Source: Patiriisocius sp.
GTDB lineage: Bacteria > Bacteroidota > Bacteroidia > Flavobacteriales > Flavobacteriaceae
DNA: 64,000 nucleotides
NCBI GenBank assembly: GCA_965656925.1
Contig: CBFHMO010000001.1
Coordinates: 23,243 to 87,242, forward strand
Reading direction: 5' to 3'
In this document: one piece after another, positions 1 to 9,361 of the stretch
Layout of the letters: the number at the start of each line of letters is the position of its first letter
Position numbering within the stretch: position 1 is the first letter of the stretch
Made by a program: the position numbers and the translations under genes
The notes under the pieces: generated by a model
Databases searched by the model: none
What the model saw: the letters and a program-made list of their open reading frames with translations, nothing else
What the model was told of the DNA's origin: nothing

Positions 1-2
1 TT

Positions 3-356
3 GGCTTAGCCCTTGGCTACACCCTACTTATTACAGTGGCTTTATTAATGCCAATAACAGATGGTCCAAAAATAGATGTTATTCCATTTGCAGATAAGAT
101 GGTGCATCTTATAATTAATGCAGTACTGCTTGTGGTGTGGGCCTGTTATATTTTCTCTAGAAAGACGAAAGTCACAAAGCCCTACACATTACCTTTACTA
201 TTTGTGTGTGTTTTAATTTACGGCATACTTATTGAAGTAACACAAGAGCGCTTAATTCCCACAAGAGGTGCAGAGCTATTTGATGTAGTTGCTAATGTTT
301 GTGGCTTGATTCTAGGATCATTTGTAGTTAAGGTGTCAAATAAATTTATTTACTAA
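3..356 (+). CDS. VanZ family membrane protein (5' end probably outside window)
   Basis: Motifs DKMVH, YGILIEVTQ, RGAELFDVVAN. The frame is open back to base 3, so the listed GTG at 36 is probably internal. Confidence 0.8.
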   Translation, partial: GLALGYTLLITVALLMPITDGPKIDVIPFADKMVHLIINAVLLVVWACYIFSRKTKVTKPYTLPLLFVCVLIYGILIEVTQERLIPTRGAELFDVVANVCGLILGSFVVKVSNKFIY

Positions 357-427
357 TATTACAGTGCTATTGTTTTACAATACAATAGATTTTCTATATT
401 TTTATAGGCGATAATTTAAATTCAATT

Positions 428-1144
428 ATGGAACCGAAAAAAAATCCAAAAGCAGATTTAAAACAATGGAGTGGGGTCTACTTTTTAGCAGGTCTTGCTT
501 TTATGTTGTTTTTGTCTTGGCAAGCAGTAGAGTGGAAGTCTTATGATAGAGATCTTTCTTTAGACACCTTAAATGTGGGTGATGATCTTGATGAAGACAT
601 TCCGATCACAGAGCTGTTAACACCGCCACCACCGCCACCTCCACCGCCGCCAGCTCCAGAAGTTATTGAGGTAATTGAGGATGAGGCAGATGTAGAAGAA
701 ACCATTATTGAATCTACAGAGATTAGTCAAGAAGAAGAGATTGTAGATATTGAAGAGATTGAAGAAGCTGGAGAAATCATTGATGATGTTCCTTTTGCAG
801 TAATTGAGAATGTGCCAATTTACCCTGGTTGTGAAAGTGCAGGTAATAATGCAGCCAAGAAAAAGTGCATGTCCAGTAAAATTCAAAAATTTGTACAAAA
901 GAAATTCAACACAGATCTAGCTAGCGATTTAGGCCTGGAAGGAATTCAGCAAATATATGTGCAATTTAAGATTGATAAAACGGGTAACATTACAAATGTA
1001 CAGGCACGAGCGCCACACCCAAAACTAAAGCAAGAAGCTATTAAGACCATTAAGGCTTTGCCAAAGATGACACCAGGAAAGCAACGTGGTCAAGCGGTAG
1101 GAGTATTGTATTCGCTTCCAATTAGATTTCAGATAGAGAACTAA
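428..1144 (+). CDS. tonB: Energy transducer TonB
   Basis: Bacteroidota TonB N-terminus MEPKKNPKADL, one TM helix, poly-Pro tract and acidic linker, C-terminal TonB_C (VENVPIYPGC-like ... PGKQRG ... YSLPIRF). Confidence 0.92.
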   Translation: MEPKKNPKADLKQWSGVYFLAGLAFMLFLSWQAVEWKSYDRDLSLDTLNVGDDLDEDIPITELLTPPPPPPPPPPAPEVIEVIEDEADVEETIIESTEISQEEEIVDIEEIEEAGEIIDDVPFAVIENVPIYPGCESAGNNAAKKKCMSSKIQKFVQKKFNTDLASDLGLEGIQQIYVQFKIDKTGNITNVQARAPHPKLKQEAIKTIKALPKMTPGKQRGQAVGVLYSLPIRFQIEN

Positions 1145-1156
1145 AACACACTGATT

Positions 1157-1666
1157 ATGAAACTATTTAGACACTTTTTTATACTTGCTATTTCTATATC
1201 ATTGATTGCTTGTACTAGCGATGATGATACCCTTGTCTATGAACTAAACAATACCAATTTAAGTGCAGGAAGTTATGATGTAACATATCTAACTAGAAAC
1301 GAGACAGAGACTATTAATGTAAACGGACTCGATATTGTAACAGAGTCTACTATTGTGGGAGAAACATTTCAACTTACCCTTACTTTTGCTAATAATAACA
1401 CCTATGTTGTAGATGGTCAATATGTTATCAATACACTGGTAACTGTTGCAGGGGAAATTGTGAGTCAATCTACATTTATTGAAGATATTGATAATGAAAC
1501 TGGAACCTATGCTGCCAATAATAGCACCATGCAACTTCTTTTAGATGAAACTCCTTATGATGTTACACGTTTTAATGCCAATGAACTTAGACTGTCATAT
1601 AGCACTGCATACACAGAAGATGGAATAGATTATGTTGAAACATCAGAGATTAGAATGGTACGATAA
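1157..1666 (+). CDS. Lipoprotein, lipocalin-like beta-rich, probably surface exposed
   Basis: Lipobox LIAC followed by acidic TSDDD, resembling the Bacteroidota lipoprotein export signal; beta-strand-rich mature part. Confidence 0.6.
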   Translation: MKLFRHFFILAISISLIACTSDDDTLVYELNNTNLSAGSYDVTYLTRNETETINVNGLDIVTESTIVGETFQLTLTFANNNTYVVDGQYVINTLVTVAGEIVSQSTFIEDIDNETGTYAANNSTMQLLLDETPYDVTRFNANELRLSYSTAYTEDGIDYVETSEIRMVR

Positions 1667-1681
1667 AACCCAATAATCACA

Positions 1682-1724
1682 AATAAAAAAAGCGCTGTAG
1701 ATATTCTGCAGCGCTTTTTTTATT
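1682..1724 (+). terminator. Intrinsic (bidirectional-type) terminator
   Basis: AATAAAAAAAGCGCTGTAG-atatt-CTGCAGCGCTTTTTTTATT hairpin just after the stop at 1666. Confidence 0.9.
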
Positions 1725-1864
1725 GGGTTTTTATTACAGCAATATTTATCTCTTTTTTATGATGGGATTTTTCTAGTTTACTATCTCATACATCATAGTG
1801 TATTTTAGGGTTATTTTTAACATAGATAATGTGTTATAAATTGGTAAAAATTAGAGTTGTACCG

Positions 1865-1872
1865 TATCTTTG
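1865..1872 (+). promoter_or_regulatory. Bacteroidota housekeeping promoter -7 box for cox accessory operon
   Basis: TATCTTTG matches TAnnTTTG; TTG at 1841-1843 is a possible -33 element. Supports a ctaB start at 1911. Confidence 0.7.
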
Positions 1873-1910
1873 CACACTCAAAAGAGAAGGTAAAATTTAA
1901 AAAAAATCTA

Positions 1911-2804
1911 TTGTCAGTAACACAAACACAAGTACTTCCCACCTTATGGGTTAAAAATTTTACAGAAATAACCAAACTTAGGTTGTCTGTAAGTGTTGTG
2001 TTTTCTTCGGTTGCTGGGTATTTACTTGGAGCAGCGAAGGTAGATTTTATGATCTTATTGCTTCTGTGTATTGGAGGATATTGCATGGTAGGAGCAAGCA
2101 ATGTGTACAATCAAGTCATGGAGCGTGATTTAGACACCTTGATGGATAGAACTAAAAATAGACCTATCCCAGCTGGCACCATGAGTGTTGCTGTAGCTCT
2201 GTGTATTGCTATTGTTCTTACCGTTGTTGGTATAGCGGTGCTGTACAGTATAAATCCACAAACAGCCATGTTTGGCGCGATATCGATCTTTATATATGTG
2301 TTTTTATACACCCCTTTAAAAACAAAAACACCTTTATCTGTTTTTGTTGGCGCTTTTCCGGGAGCTATTCCCTTTATGTTAGGATGGGTTGCAGCAACCA
2401 ACGATTTTGGTATAGAACCAGGGACTTTATTTATGATACAATTTTTCTGGCAATTCCCTCACTTTTGGGCCATAGGTTGGTTTTTGTTTGATGATTATAA
2501 AAAAGGAGGCTTCTTCATGTTGCCAACTGGCAAAAGAGATCGTACCACAGCAGTGCAAGTTGTTTTCTACAGCGTGTGTACCGTGCTTTCTTCATTGATT
2601 CCTGCCTTTGGGGTAACAGGAGATTTTTATATCACTCCAGTTTCTGCTATAATTATTGGCGGGCTAGGAATTTGGTTTGTGTATTATGCCCTAAGGTTAT
2701 ACAAACAAAGAACAGACAAATCAGCCAAAGCGCTTATGCTGGTGAGTGTAAGTTATATCACTTTACTACAAATCATATACGTGGCAGATAAATTTATTAG
2801 ATAA
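1911..2804 (+). CDS. ctaB: Heme O synthase (protoheme IX farnesyltransferase)
   Basis: NQVMERDLDTLMDRTKNRPIP, YTPLK, GAFPGAIP and WQFPHFWA motifs. Start moved from 1857 to the in-frame TTG at 1911, downstream of the promoter. Confidence 0.95.
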   Translation: MSVTQTQVLPTLWVKNFTEITKLRLSVSVVFSSVAGYLLGAAKVDFMILLLLCIGGYCMVGASNVYNQVMERDLDTLMDRTKNRPIPAGTMSVAVALCIAIVLTVVGIAVLYSINPQTAMFGAISIFIYVFLYTPLKTKTPLSVFVGAFPGAIPFMLGWVAATNDFGIEPGTLFMIQFFWQFPHFWAIGWFLFDDYKKGGFFMLPTGKRDRTTAVQVVFYSVCTVLSSLIPAFGVTGDFYITPVSAIIIGGLGIWFVYYALRLYKQRTDKSAKALMLVSVSYITLLQIIYVADKFIR

Positions 2805-2828
2805 ACAGCGCTATTAAAATTTTAAAAT

Positions 2829-3410
2829 ATGGACTACACACAAGGTACAGAGAAAGATAAAATAGCACGTGCTAAAAAAAACATGCTGCTTTTTGGTATG
2901 ATAAGCTTAGGGATGAGTTTTGCTGGTTTAACCAGTGCGTATATTATTAGTAAAGAACGCCCAGATTGGTTGACAGATTTTGAAATACCCCAAGCTTTTT
3001 TTAGTAGCCTTGCTGTTATTATAGTAAGTAGTTTTACATTTATTTTGGCGAAAAATGCGGTAAAAAAAGAGCAGAACTCTAAAGCAATGATGTTGTTGGT
3101 TAGCACATTTATTTTAGGTGTTGTTTTTGTGTATCTGCAATTTCTTGGTTTTTCTCAAATTATAGAAAACGGCTACTTTTTCACCGGGAGTGAAAGTAGT
3201 ATTACCACCTCATTTATTTATTTAGTGGTGTTATTGCACCTTGCTCATATTATTGCTGGCCTTATTTGTGTCCTAGTGGTAATTTATAATCATTACAAAT
3301 TAAAATACACGAACGGAAAAACCCTTGGAATTGAACTTGCTACTACTTTTTGGCATTTTGTAGATGTTCTGTGGGTGTATCTGTTTTTGTTTTTATATTT
3401 CGTGAGATAA
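2829..3410 (+). CDS. ctaE: Cytochrome c oxidase subunit III paralogue 1
   Basis: FAGLTSAY, HLAHIIAG, FWHFVDVLWVYLF; 5 TM helices. Confidence 0.9.
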   Translation: MDYTQGTEKDKIARAKKNMLLFGMISLGMSFAGLTSAYIISKERPDWLTDFEIPQAFFSSLAVIIVSSFTFILAKNAVKKEQNSKAMMLLVSTFILGVVFVYLQFLGFSQIIENGYFFTGSESSITTSFIYLVVLLHLAHIIAGLICVLVVIYNHYKLKYTNGKTLGIELATTFWHFVDVLWVYLFLFLYFVR

Positions 3411-3455
3411 AAAAATAATGTATTTTTGAACCAAATTAAAAATTGATTTCTATTT

Positions 3456-4436
3456 ATGGAAACAACTGTTGCAACAACGGCGTCTAAAGGCGGTGTTTGG
3501 GGAGGTGGAAACCAACCTTTAAGAGCTAGTTATGGTAAGATGATGATGTGGTTTTTCATCGTCTCTGATGCTTTAACCTTCTCTGGATTTTTAGCTGCTT
3601 ACGGCTTTTCAAGATTTAAATTTGTAGATGCTTGGCCTATTGCCGACGAAGTGTTTACTCACTTTCCGTTTTTACATGGAGTGCCTGCACCTATGTTTTA
3701 CGTAGCCTTTATGACTTTTATTTTAATTTTCTCTTCTGTGACCATGGTATTGGCTGTAGATGCAGGACATAAAATGAAGCAAAGCAAAGTTGCTGTGTAT
3801 ATGTTTTTAACCATTATTGGTGGAGCGATATTTGTTGGTTCTCAAGCCTGGGAATGGGCAACTTTTATAAAAGGAGAATACGGAGCTGTAGAAACAAAAG
3901 GTGGTAAAATACTACAGTTTTTAGATACAGAAGGAAATCGGGTAGCCATCGGAAGTTTTGCTGAATCTATGCATACTACAGCCACCGAGCACGAGCCAAG
4001 TAATGGTATTTGGTTTATGAGCGGGAACGATCAAACCTCTTACAATTTTGAAGAAGTAAAAGCTGGGTTTTTAGCAAATGATAATTTGTTGATACGCACC
4101 CAATACTTAGATGAAAATGGCCATCCAACTGTTTTGTCAAGAGAAGCTTCTATTGCAAAAATTAAAAAAGATGGTAAGCTAGTTGTAGAAGGTGCAAACC
4201 TAAAACGCAATGAGTATGGACATCCCTTATTTGCAGATTTCTTTTTCTTTATAACCGGTTTTCACGGTTTTCACGTTTTCTCTGGTGTGCTGATTAACAT
4301 TATTATTTTCTTTAATGTTGTTATAGGTACCTATGAGCGTAGAAAGAGTTATGAAATGGTAGAGAAAGTAGGATTGTACTGGCACTTTGTCGATCTAGTT
4401 TGGGTATTTGTATTTACTTTCTTTTACCTAGTTTAA
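3456..4436 (+). CDS. ctaE: Cytochrome c oxidase subunit III paralogue 2, with large hydrophilic insertion
   Basis: WFFIVSDALTF, TGFHGFHV, LYWHFVDLVWVF. Confidence 0.9.
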   Translation: METTVATTASKGGVWGGGNQPLRASYGKMMMWFFIVSDALTFSGFLAAYGFSRFKFVDAWPIADEVFTHFPFLHGVPAPMFYVAFMTFILIFSSVTMVLAVDAGHKMKQSKVAVYMFLTIIGGAIFVGSQAWEWATFIKGEYGAVETKGGKILQFLDTEGNRVAIGSFAESMHTTATEHEPSNGIWFMSGNDQTSYNFEEVKAGFLANDNLLIRTQYLDENGHPTVLSREASIAKIKKDGKLVVEGANLKRNEYGHPLFADFFFFITGFHGFHVFSGVLINIIIFFNVVIGTYERRKSYEMVEKVGLYWHFVDLVWVFVFTFFYLV

Positions 4437-4459
4437 TAATAATATTTTTAGCATATATA

Positions 4460-4903
4460 ATGGGACATCACGAGCACAGTTTAGCAATCTTTAGAGGAAG
4501 GCTTAAGTTCAAGTCAATCGAACAAAAAATTTGGGGAGTTTTTATTTTCCTATCTATTATCACTATTGTTGAAGTTATATTTGGTATCATAAAGCCAGAG
4601 TCTTTAATGGTACCTTTCATGTCTTCTTTTGAAGGTGGGTTTATGGCAACAATGGCAAATATATTTTTGTCACCATTTATTTTCATGAAGCCCTTAAATT
4701 TAATATTTATCGTTCTTACTATAGTAAAGGCATATTATATCACCTGGGATTTCATGCACATGCGTGATGAGACAAAAGCATTAAGGCGTATGGTAGTTTG
4801 GACTGCTATTTTCTTGATCTGTTACTTGGTTTTAATTCTTCTTGTTGAAGGAGACTATATCTTTGAAGTTTATAAAAGCAACTATATTAAGTTTGACTTT
4901 TAA
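4460..4903 (+). CDS. Cytochrome c oxidase subunit IV family protein
   Basis: ITIVEV ... KAYYITWDFMHMRDE motif and operon position. Start revised to the ATG at 4460 to remove the overlap. Confidence 0.85.
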   Translation: MGHHEHSLAIFRGRLKFKSIEQKIWGVFIFLSIITIVEVIFGIIKPESLMVPFMSSFEGGFMATMANIFLSPFIFMKPLNLIFIVLTIVKAYYITWDFMHMRDETKALRRMVVWTAIFLICYLVLILLVEGDYIFEVYKSNYIKFDF

Positions 4904-4928
4904 TTACTACATTTTTGTAAAATATATT

Positions 4929-4961
4929 AAAAATTCCACCTTCTTGGTGGGATTTTTTTTT
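4929..4961 (+). terminator. Intrinsic terminator
   Basis: AAAAATTCCACC-ttctt-GGTGGGATTTTT followed by a T tract. Confidence 0.85.
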
Positions 4962-5044
4962 GCTCACTTTTTAATTGAATATTAACTAAGGGCTGCTTGG
5001 TAAACATTCTTTTGTAATGTATTTTTGCAAACAAAATCAAACAT

Positions 5045-5731
5045 TTGGAAACGCCACAAAACAACATAAAAAAGAAAATAGTTCTAGCGGTCTTGTTTTT
5101 ATTACCCATAGCAATCTATATGTTTTTTGCCACTGGAGTCAATAATTTCGGGAAACTACCAGTGCTTTCACAAGATGTGATTAGTGTAACTAGTTTCAAG
5201 GATCTTAATGGTAATGCGGTAACCCTTGATAACAAAATTACAATACTTGGTTTTTTTGGAGATACACCCCTACAAACTAAAGCCTATACTTACAATCTTG
5301 CTCATAAAATTTACAAAAAAAACCACGAGTATAAAGAGTTTCAATTTTTGATTTTATTGCCAGAAAGCGCAAGAAATGGCGCTAAGATATTAACGGCTAA
5401 AATTTCTGAGATTGCTCCTACAACTGCATGGAAATACGCCTTTGGAACCCCCCAGGATATACAAAAGACATTTGCTTCTCTTAACAGCGGTTATATTTTA
5501 GACACCTCACTGTCTAGCAGTTTTGTGTTTATAATTGACAAGGATGCCCATTTGCGTGGCAGAAATGATGACCAAGATGTTCCAGATGGTCTAGTATATG
5601 GGTATAACTCTGCAGACATTGGTGATATCAACAACAGAATGAGTGATGACGTTAAAGTGGTATTGGCAGAGTATCGAAAAGAAACAAAAGAAAACAGTAG
5701 AAGAAATCAAATTCTAGTAAAACAACAATAA
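5045..5731 (+). CDS. Membrane-anchored Sco/thioredoxin-like conserved protein lacking CxxxC
   Basis: N-terminal TM; Sco-like segments (FVFIIDKDAHLRG); adjacent to Sco; TATTTTTG box at 5020-5027. Confidence 0.6.
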   Translation: METPQNNIKKKIVLAVLFLLPIAIYMFFATGVNNFGKLPVLSQDVISVTSFKDLNGNAVTLDNKITILGFFGDTPLQTKAYTYNLAHKIYKKNHEYKEFQFLILLPESARNGAKILTAKISEIAPTTAWKYAFGTPQDIQKTFASLNSGYILDTSLSSSFVFIIDKDAHLRGRNDDQDVPDGLVYGYNSADIGDINNRMSDDVKVVLAEYRKETKENSRRNQILVKQQ

Positions 5732-6420
5732 TGAAAGCAAAGTATATAGGTCTTTTTGCCGTTATTTTAATCTTTGGGATCATTTTTGTTCCAAGAATTC
5801 ATGATCGTATTGTAACTAATACCGTTGTAGACACTACTAGAATGAGTACTGCAAAAAGTCAGCAGGCTGATGTGGTTGTTGATACTTCAGAAACATTGTT
5901 AGAACTGCAAGAGGTTCCAGGTTTTGATTTTATAAACCAAAATAATGAGAGTATAACTAATGATTTTTATAAAGGGAAAGTCTATGTTGTAGAGTTTTTC
6001 TTTTCTAGTTGCACCACCATTTGCCCAATTATGAATAGAAATATGGTGCAAGTTTCTCAGGAGTTTGCAACTCAAGAAAATTTCGGGATTGCTTCGATAT
6101 CCATAGACCCCTCTTTTGATACTCCAGAGGTTTTAAAGGCCTATGCAACTAGATATAATGCAACACACCCAAACTGGAATTTTTTAACAGCAGACCAAGA
6201 CATTATTCACAAACTATCCAACGAGGGGTTTAAATTATTTGCCGCACAAGACAAAGATGATATTGATGGCTTTTCTCATTCAGGATTATTTGCGCTTGTA
6301 GATCAAAACGGAGTGGTACGTTCAAGAAAAGACACCCATGGCAATCCACTCTTTTATTACAACGGTTTAGAGCAAGAGGGTATTGATATGCTAATACAAG
6401 ACATTAAAAAACTTTTATAA
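5731..6420 (+). CDS. SCO family copper chaperone
   Basis: FFFSSCTTICP (CxxxC), SISIDPSFDTPE, conserved His in HSGLFALVD. Confidence 0.93.
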   Translation: MKAKYIGLFAVILIFGIIFVPRIHDRIVTNTVVDTTRMSTAKSQQADVVVDTSETLLELQEVPGFDFINQNNESITNDFYKGKVYVVEFFFSSCTTICPIMNRNMVQVSQEFATQENFGIASISIDPSFDTPEVLKAYATRYNATHPNWNFLTADQDIIHKLSNEGFKLFAAQDKDDIDGFSHSGLFALVDQNGVVRSRKDTHGNPLFYYNGLEQEGIDMLIQDIKKLL

Positions 6421-6998
6421 TGAATACAAACCAAGCAGCACCAAAAAACAAGTACAATCTATGGATATGGATTGTTTCAATTGCCATACCTGTAGTGGTG
6501 GCTATATTATTTACTATAAGAATACCTGGAGTAGAACGCATGGGCTTTTTGCCTCCCATTTACGCCACTGTAAATGCGTTAACTGCCATTGTTTTAATCA
6601 TGGCAGTATTTCAAATTAAAAAAGGCAACAGAAAGACGCACGAGCGTTTTATGAAAATAGCCATAGGCCTTTCTGTTTTGTTTTTGCTAATGTATGTGGT
6701 GTATCACATGACTTCAGACTCCACCAAGTTTGGAGATACAAATGGTGATGGACTGCTCTCCGTTGCAGAATCAAGCGCTTTAGGTGCCATAAAATATGTG
6801 TACTACTTCATTTTATTTTCTCATATTCTATTGTCTGTAACGGTCATCCCTTTTGTGTTGGCTACTTATGTTAGGGCTATCAATGGAGATTTTAAAATGC
6901 ATAAAAAAATAGCAAGAGTTACATTTCCCCTTTGGTTGTATGTTGCTGTTACGGGTGTTATTGTGTTTTTGATGATTTCACCTTATTATCCTCAGTAG
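6420..6998 (+). CDS. DUF420 family membrane protein
   Basis: HERFM, YYFILFSHILLS, HKKIARVTFPLWLYVAVTG; usual position after Sco. Confidence 0.88.
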   Translation: MNTNQAAPKNKYNLWIWIVSIAIPVVVAILFTIRIPGVERMGFLPPIYATVNALTAIVLIMAVFQIKKGNRKTHERFMKIAIGLSVLFLLMYVVYHMTSDSTKFGDTNGDGLLSVAESSALGAIKYVYYFILFSHILLSVTVIPFVLATYVRAINGDFKMHKKIARVTFPLWLYVAVTGVIVFLMISPYYPQ

Positions 6999-6999
6999 T

Positions 7000-7215
7000 A
7001 TGAAAGTGGCTTTGTTTTTTTTGTTTTTTGTTATTTGCACTCTTCCCGCAGAGGCTCAATGTGCTATGTGCCGCGCCGTACTAGAAAGTGAGCAGAGCGG
7101 TACAGCTGCCAAGGGCATAAACAATGGAATTATGTACCTGATGATTTTTCCTTATTTACTGGTAGGTATTGTTGGGTATTTGGTGTACAGAAATCGTCAA
7201 AAAGCAAAACATTAG
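7000..7215 (+). CDS. Small conserved membrane-anchored protein with CAMC motif
   Basis: Signal peptide, AQCAMCRA, GINNGIMYL, C-terminal TM; 1 bp after DUF420. Confidence 0.7.
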   Translation: MKVALFFLFFVICTLPAEAQCAMCRAVLESEQSGTAAKGINNGIMYLMIFPYLLVGIVGYLVYRNRQKAKH

Positions 7216-7241
7216 TATATTATTTTTTTCTAAACAAAAGG

Positions 7242-7271
7242 GTAACAAATAATGTTAATTAGAGTCTTACA
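7242..7271 (+). promoter_or_regulatory. Putative ECF-sigma promoter (copy 1)
   Basis: GTAACAA-N15-GTCTTACA; near-identical motif with the same spacing at 11892-11921. Confidence 0.6.
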
Positions 7272-7369
7272 GGTAAGGTTATAGTTAATGTTTACTTCAA
7301 AAGTCTTAACAAGAATTTCACACAATAAAATCTTAAAGGGAGTTACATTGTAAGTCCATACAATACAGC

Positions 7370-8092
7370 ATGATTGAAATAAAAGATTTACATAAATCAT
7401 ACCATATGGGGAGCAATTCTCTACATGTTTTAAAAGGCATCGATTTTTCTGTTAAAGAAGGAGAAATGGTTTCTATTATGGGTTCTTCGGGATCTGGAAA
7501 ATCTACTTTATTGAATATTTTAGGAATGTTAGACGAGGCGGATCTAGGTTCTTATACACTAGACGGAAAACACATTAAAAACTTAAATGAAAAAGTTGCC
7601 GCAAAATATAGAAACCAGTTTCTAGGATTTATATTTCAGTCATTTAATTTGATTAATTATAAAACTGCACTAGACAATGTAGCCATGCCACTTTATTACC
7701 AAGGGATCAAACGTGCACAGCGCATGGAAAAGGCACATCACTATCTAGAAAAAGTTGGATTGGCAAATTGGGCTACTCACTTGCCAAGCGAACTCTCTGG
7801 AGGTCAAAAACAACGTGTTGCTATAGCCAGAGCATTAGCCAGTGATCCCAAGGTGCTGTTGGCAGATGAGCCAACGGGAGCTTTAGACACTCAAACCTCT
7901 TGCGAGGTAATGGAGCTTATACAGCAAATTAATGATGAGGGTAAAACCATACTTTTGGTTACCCATGAAGATGATATTGCCCACATGACAAAGCGTATTG
8001 TTAAACTAAAAGACGGTTTAATTATAGATGATACGAACATAACTCAAGTTAGAGCTTTGGACGCCCTTGGTAAATCACAAAGCCATGTTTGA
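7370..8092 (+). CDS. ABC transporter ATP-binding protein, LolD/MacB type
   Basis: Walker A GSSGSGKST, signature LSGGQKQRVAIARAL, Walker B LLADEPTGALD, H-loop VTHE. Confidence 0.95.
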   Translation: MIEIKDLHKSYHMGSNSLHVLKGIDFSVKEGEMVSIMGSSGSGKSTLLNILGMLDEADLGSYTLDGKHIKNLNEKVAAKYRNQFLGFIFQSFNLINYKTALDNVAMPLYYQGIKRAQRMEKAHHYLEKVGLANWATHLPSELSGGQKQRVAIARALASDPKVLLADEPTGALDTQTSCEVMELIQQINDEGKTILLVTHEDDIAHMTKRIVKLKDGLIIDDTNITQVRALDALGKSQSHV

Positions 8093-9329
8093 TATAGATC
8101 GTTGGCAAGAAATATTTGAAGCAATCGGGAAAAACAAACTCCGTACTTTTTTAACGGGACTCTCTGTTGCCTCTGGTATTTTTATTTTAGTTATTCTTTT
8201 GGGCTTTAGTAGTGGTATACAAAAAGGGGTGAAAAGCCAATTTGAACAAGATGCTGTTAATCGCGTCTCTATTAGAACCCGCGTGACAACCAAAGAATAT
8301 AAAGGCTTGAATCCAGGGCGTAGAATACAATTGCACAATGATGATTTTTCTCAAATTAATACCACCTATGATGACCAGCTTGAATACAAAACGGCCATCT
8401 ATAATATGTGGTCAAGTCAAGTTACTTATAATGGGGAGACTGGAAATTATAGATTAGAGGGTGCCAACCCAGACCAGCAATTCATTGAAAATGCAAGCCT
8501 TGTCTTAGGACGTTTTTTAAGTCAAGATGATATGGATGAAACCCGTAAAGTTGCTGTTATCGGTAATATCATAAAACAAGACTTGTTTAAAGAAAAAAAT
8601 CCTGTTGGAGAGATCATTTCTATATTTGACGTTAACTTTAAAGTAATAGGGGTTTATACAGACCCAGGAGGAGAAAGAGAAGAGGGTCGCGTTTTTGTGC
8701 CGCTTCCAACAGCCCAAATTGCATTTAATGGAGGTGATAGAGTTAGATCAATAGCTTACACAGTAAAGATGAATGATGATTTTGATCAGGCTGTTGCCCT
8801 TAGTACGGCGCTTTCACAAAACATAAAGCAAGATCTTCAATCAAAATACATTATAGCTCCTGATGACAGAAGCGCAGTTCGGGTAGACAATACCTTAGAA
8901 GAGGCAAAGAAAATTTATAGCCTCATAGATATAATTCGCAACGTATTTTGGTTTATTGGCATCGGTACAATTATTGCAGGTGTGGTGGGTGTGTCTAATA
9001 TCATGCTTATTATAGTAAAAGAGCGTACTAAAGAAATAGGAATACGTAAGGCTATCGGCGCTTTACCAAGTTCTATTATTGGACTTATTTTACAAGAATC
9101 CATTTTTATTACTTCTATTGCTGGATTTGTTGGTCTTTTTTTAGGGGTTGGTTTGTTGCAAATTATAAGCCCCATGATTGATAATGATTTTATTAAATCT
9201 CCACAGGTAGATTTTAACACAGCTATTACCACGGTGTTTATCTTGATTTTTTCAGGCGCCCTCGCAGGCTATTTTCCTGCAAGAAGAGCCGCCAACATTA
9301 AACCCATAGATGCTCTAAGAGATGAGTAG
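8085..9329 (+). CDS. ABC permease, MacB/FtsX family
   Basis: NKLRTFLT, large periplasmic domain, NIMLIIVKERTKEIGIRKAIGA, PIDALRDE. Start revised to the ATG at 8085. Confidence 0.93.
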   Translation: MFDIDRWQEIFEAIGKNKLRTFLTGLSVASGIFILVILLGFSSGIQKGVKSQFEQDAVNRVSIRTRVTTKEYKGLNPGRRIQLHNDDFSQINTTYDDQLEYKTAIYNMWSSQVTYNGETGNYRLEGANPDQQFIENASLVLGRFLSQDDMDETRKVAVIGNIIKQDLFKEKNPVGEIISIFDVNFKVIGVYTDPGGEREEGRVFVPLPTAQIAFNGGDRVRSIAYTVKMNDDFDQAVALSTALSQNIKQDLQSKYIIAPDDRSAVRVDNTLEEAKKIYSLIDIIRNVFWFIGIGTIIAGVVGVSNIMLIIVKERTKEIGIRKAIGALPSSIIGLILQESIFITSIAGFVGLFLGVGLLQIISPMIDNDFIKSPQVDFNTAITTVFILIFSGALAGYFPARRAANIKPIDALRDE

Positions 9330-9361
9330 TTTTTTTAAATTAGAACATAGAAAAAAATAGA

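Noticed and set aside
622-651. CCN repeat tract in tonB
   Set aside because: It encodes the normal poly-proline linker with mixed codons; not a contingency repeat or array.
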